Source: a virus
Reading direction: 5' to 3' (one strand)
DNA: 44,622 nucleotides
Virus record (IMG/VR): IMGVR_UViG_3300028534_000007
Positions 42,832 through 44,622 of this stretch are shown here, one piece after another; the stretch's first letter is position 1; each line of letters begins with the position of its first letter. The position numbers were made by a program, and so were the translations under genes. The notes beneath the pieces were generated by a model. That model did not search any database and was not told the origin of the DNA. It worked only from the letters and a program-made list of their open reading frames with translations.

Positions 42832-44127
42832 TTAGAATAATTGTTTAGTGGTTTTAAATCCTGCTGTGTTTCCGTTGGGGTGTCCGCCACCTTGATAGCT
42901 CTCTGCTAATGCTGTGGCTTTTCCTTGAATGCTTCTAACTCCATAAAACCAAATATCTTTTTCAGGGTGCTTGTTTTGATTTATAGCTATCTCTATGTTT
43001 GGATTTGCTTTAAGTGCTACATTTAAAGTATCACTTAGATATATCTTTGGGACATCTCTAAAAAACAGTGCAGATACTCCGTCAATGATTCCAACAGTAA
43101 ACTCTTTTGATAGCTCCTCTACTTTTTCTATATACTCCTCATATAAAGGCTTTCCCAACCCTATAAGGGTATTAACTCTATTTTCTTTTATTGCTGTTAG
43201 AATTGTGTTATCTGACGCTATATCAGCAGATTTAACGGCATGATATATAATATCTGTATCAGGGTTATACTTCTTTATAAATAGGTCTCTATCTTTTATA
43301 TATTTTACTAGCTCCTCCCCATGTCTGAGAGAGTTATTTTTATATCTATCTAACCAAAATAAAGAAGTTCCACATTCCTTTTCACTATAATAATACTCTT
43401 TTCCCTTCGGAGTATATGTTAGTCTGTGGTGGTCATATATCTCTATTTTACCTCTTTGACTTACTAGAACATTATTATACTGCTCCTCTGTTGGTGCTAT
43501 ATCTATAAAGATTATGCTATCGCCTCTAAAAGAGTTAATCATCTCTACCAGTTTGCTAGACGGTGGATTAAGTTTGCTGTCTGATTCTACCCATAAAGGG
43601 AATTTTATAACATCTTTGTTCCTGTCTAAGAAGACATATTGTGTTGTGCTATCATCGAATAAAGCTTTAGCCAAACTATACCCACCTCTCCCATCATTAT
43701 CAGCACCATCTACAACAACCATTGTAGAGTGTGGAGTTATAGTCAATGTTTCGTTTTGTGCCTCTATTAGCTCTTTCGCAGTAACTGGCTCTATATCTAT
43801 CTTGCTGTGTGATGTGATACTAATAGTAACCTTATCGTAGTCGAACTTAAAAGAAACAGTAAACATAACCTTAAATTCCCCATCTACAAAGATTTTAGTT
43901 CCAACTATTGGGTTAAAGATCTCTTTCTTTAGGTCAAGAATATCATTATAGAAGTTCTCCAATTGATTGTGTATCTCTCTATCTGTATAAAGAGAAATAT
44001 CCAAAGCATTATCATACTCATTTAATTTGCTAATCACTTGGTATTTAGCTCTTAAAAAAAGCTCATCATTTCCAACAAACTGGTTTTCTCTTTTAATTAC
44101 AAACTCATGTTTTCTGCTCTTTGCCAT
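42832..44127 (-). CDS. DHH/DHHA1-family phosphoesterase (NrnA/RecJ/GdpP-type catalytic core) with a unique 130-aa N-terminal domain
   Basis: 431 aa. Motif I/II-like HSTMVVVDGADNDGRGGYS, IIFIDIAP, motif III IEIYDHHR, DHHA1 motif QGGGHPNGNTAGF. AAAAGGA SD. It is the first gene downstream of promoter 44189-44161. Confidence 0.8.
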   Translation of the reverse strand: MAKSRKHEFVIKRENQFVGNDELFLRAKYQVISKLNEYDNALDISLYTDREIHNQLENFYNDILDLKKEIFNPIVGTKIFVDGEFKVMFTVSFKFDYDKVTISITSHSKIDIEPVTAKELIEAQNETLTITPHSTMVVVDGADNDGRGGYSLAKALFDDSTTQYVFLDRNKDVIKFPLWVESDSKLNPPSSKLVEMINSFRGDSIIFIDIAPTEEQYNNVLVSQRGKIEIYDHHRLTYTPKGKEYYYSEKECGTSLFWLDRYKNNSLRHGEELVKYIKDRDLFIKKYNPDTDIIYHAVKSADIASDNTILTAIKENRVNTLIGLGKPLYEEYIEKVEELSKEFTVGIIDGVSALFFRDVPKIYLSDTLNVALKANPNIEIAINQNKHPEKDIWFYGVRSIQGKATALAESYQGGGHPNGNTAGFKTTKQLF

Positions 44128-44160
44128 TTTTAATCCTTTTCAAGTTTATTTTATAACCGT

Positions 44161-44189
44161 ATTATACATAAAAAATTTTTGTTTGTCAA
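44161..44189 (-). promoter_or_regulatory. Consensus sigma70 promoter (TTGACA, 17 nt, TATAAT) driving the leftward arm
   Basis: On the minus strand, TTGACA at 44189-44184 and TATAAT at 44166-44161. The spacer AACAAAAATTTTTTATG is related to those of the promoters at 4796 and 8328. Confidence 0.65.
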
Positions 44190-44220
44190 TAGGAGTTTAT
44201 CTTTTATTTTGTTTTTTTTT

Positions 44221-44622
44221 GAAAAAGTAGCCAGAGAACCCAAAAAGGTAGCCACTTTTTTCAAAAAGGTAGCCAACGCAAACGCCTATTTTTCGGGGGG
44301 CTTAATGGGGTAGCTACTTTTTTGAGCTAAAAAAAGGTAACCAGAGAACCAAAAAAAGTAGCCACGGCACAAAAAAAAGGTAGCCAATTCCAAATCTTAA
44401 ACGAAATAATTAATTTTTAGCCACTTTTCTTAAACTTTTAAACTAATTTGCCCCTTAGCTACCTTTTTGGCTACTTTTCTGAAAAAAAAAGGTAGCCAAC
44501 GCAAACGCCTATTTTTCGGGGGTTTACTCTATGTTGCACTAAAAAAGGTAGCCAATTTTGACACCCCCAAAATTAATATTTTATTTTTAGTGGATTTTAA
44601 GCTAAAAAAGGTAGCCAACGCA
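44221..44622. repeat. Iteron field, left half: AAAA(A)GGTAGCCA 12-mers in both orientations plus 37-nt long units
   Basis: Forward copies near 44222, 44242, 44263, 44329 (GGTAACCA variant), 44351, 44371 and 44482. Inverted copies near 44311, 44457 and 44469. Long units at 44263-44300 and 44486-44522. The 45-nt block 44242-44286 is identical to 241-285. Confidence 0.85.
44496..44622. repeat. Right copy of the exact 127-bp terminal duplication
   Basis: Identical to 1-127. Confidence 0.9.

Larger units (their letters stand above)
1..44495. other. Unit-length phage genome (T7-type morphogenesis module; window = unit + 127-bp overlap)
   Basis: The window ends are identical (1-127 = 44496-44622). 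Gene content is entirely phage-like, with terminase, portal, capsid, tail tube, lysis and replication/recombination genes. There are no flanking host genes. Confidence 0.75.

Noticed and set aside
44263-44622. Possibility that the 37-nt repeats form a phage-borne CRISPR mini-array
   Set aside because: Spacing between copies is irregular and long (about 119, 152 and 223 bp) rather than the regular 25-40-bp spacers of a CRISPR array. The intervening DNA is itself made of shorter iterons. There is no palindromic repeat core and there are no cas genes.
1-44622. Lysogeny module or prophage status (integrase, CI/Cro-type repressor, att sites, partition genes)
   Set aside because: No tyrosine or serine recombinase motifs, no repressor-like ORF next to the divergent promoters, no ParA/ParB-like P-loop genes and no host flanks. 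The element looks like a virulent phage genome. The KilA-N and small HTH proteins are not sufficient evidence for lysogeny.

Overview
AT-rich 44.6-kb window that reads as one complete genome of a tailed, podovirus-type phage. Bases 1-127 are identical to 44496-44622, so the unique unit is about 44,495 bp, either circularly closed by assembly or terminally redundant. Two convergent transcription arms leave a non-coding control region of about 1.7 kb (44128-44622 plus 1-1371) that is packed with iterons. The rightward early/DNA-metabolism arm (1372-13330) encodes an SF3-like NTPase, an SF2 DEAH helicase with zinc ribbons, Erf, a YqaJ exonuclease, a T4-Dam-like methyltransferase, a KilA-N protein, a DnaG-type primase and a RuvC-like resolvase. 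The leftward arm (44127-13416) opens with a DHH/DHHA1 phosphoesterase and continues with a T7-like morphogenesis module: portal, scaffold, capsid, tail tubular A and B, fibres, a gp16-like core protein and terminase. That module is interrupted by a lysis cassette and by a self-contained promoter-to-terminator cassette encoding a very acidic protein. I recognise no RNA polymerase, DNA polymerase, integrase, repressor, tRNA or CRISPR array. Most notable observations: (1) a dense field of AAAAGGTAGCCA iterons and 37-nt long repeats at the genome junction, plus two 24-bp tandem arrays on the opposite side of the circle; (2) a Dam-type methyltransferase whose DPPY catalytic motif is replaced by a compensated double frameshift at two homopolymers; (3) a host-promoter-driven DHH/DHHA1 phosphoesterase as first leftward gene; (4) an operator-flanked acidic-protein cassette inside the virion-protein block; (5) an atypical lipoprotein plus tail-anchored-protein pair in the lysis cassette that a 1-nt change in a G4 run would fuse into a u-spanin-like protein. 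All homology statements rest on motif recognition by eye and need database confirmation.
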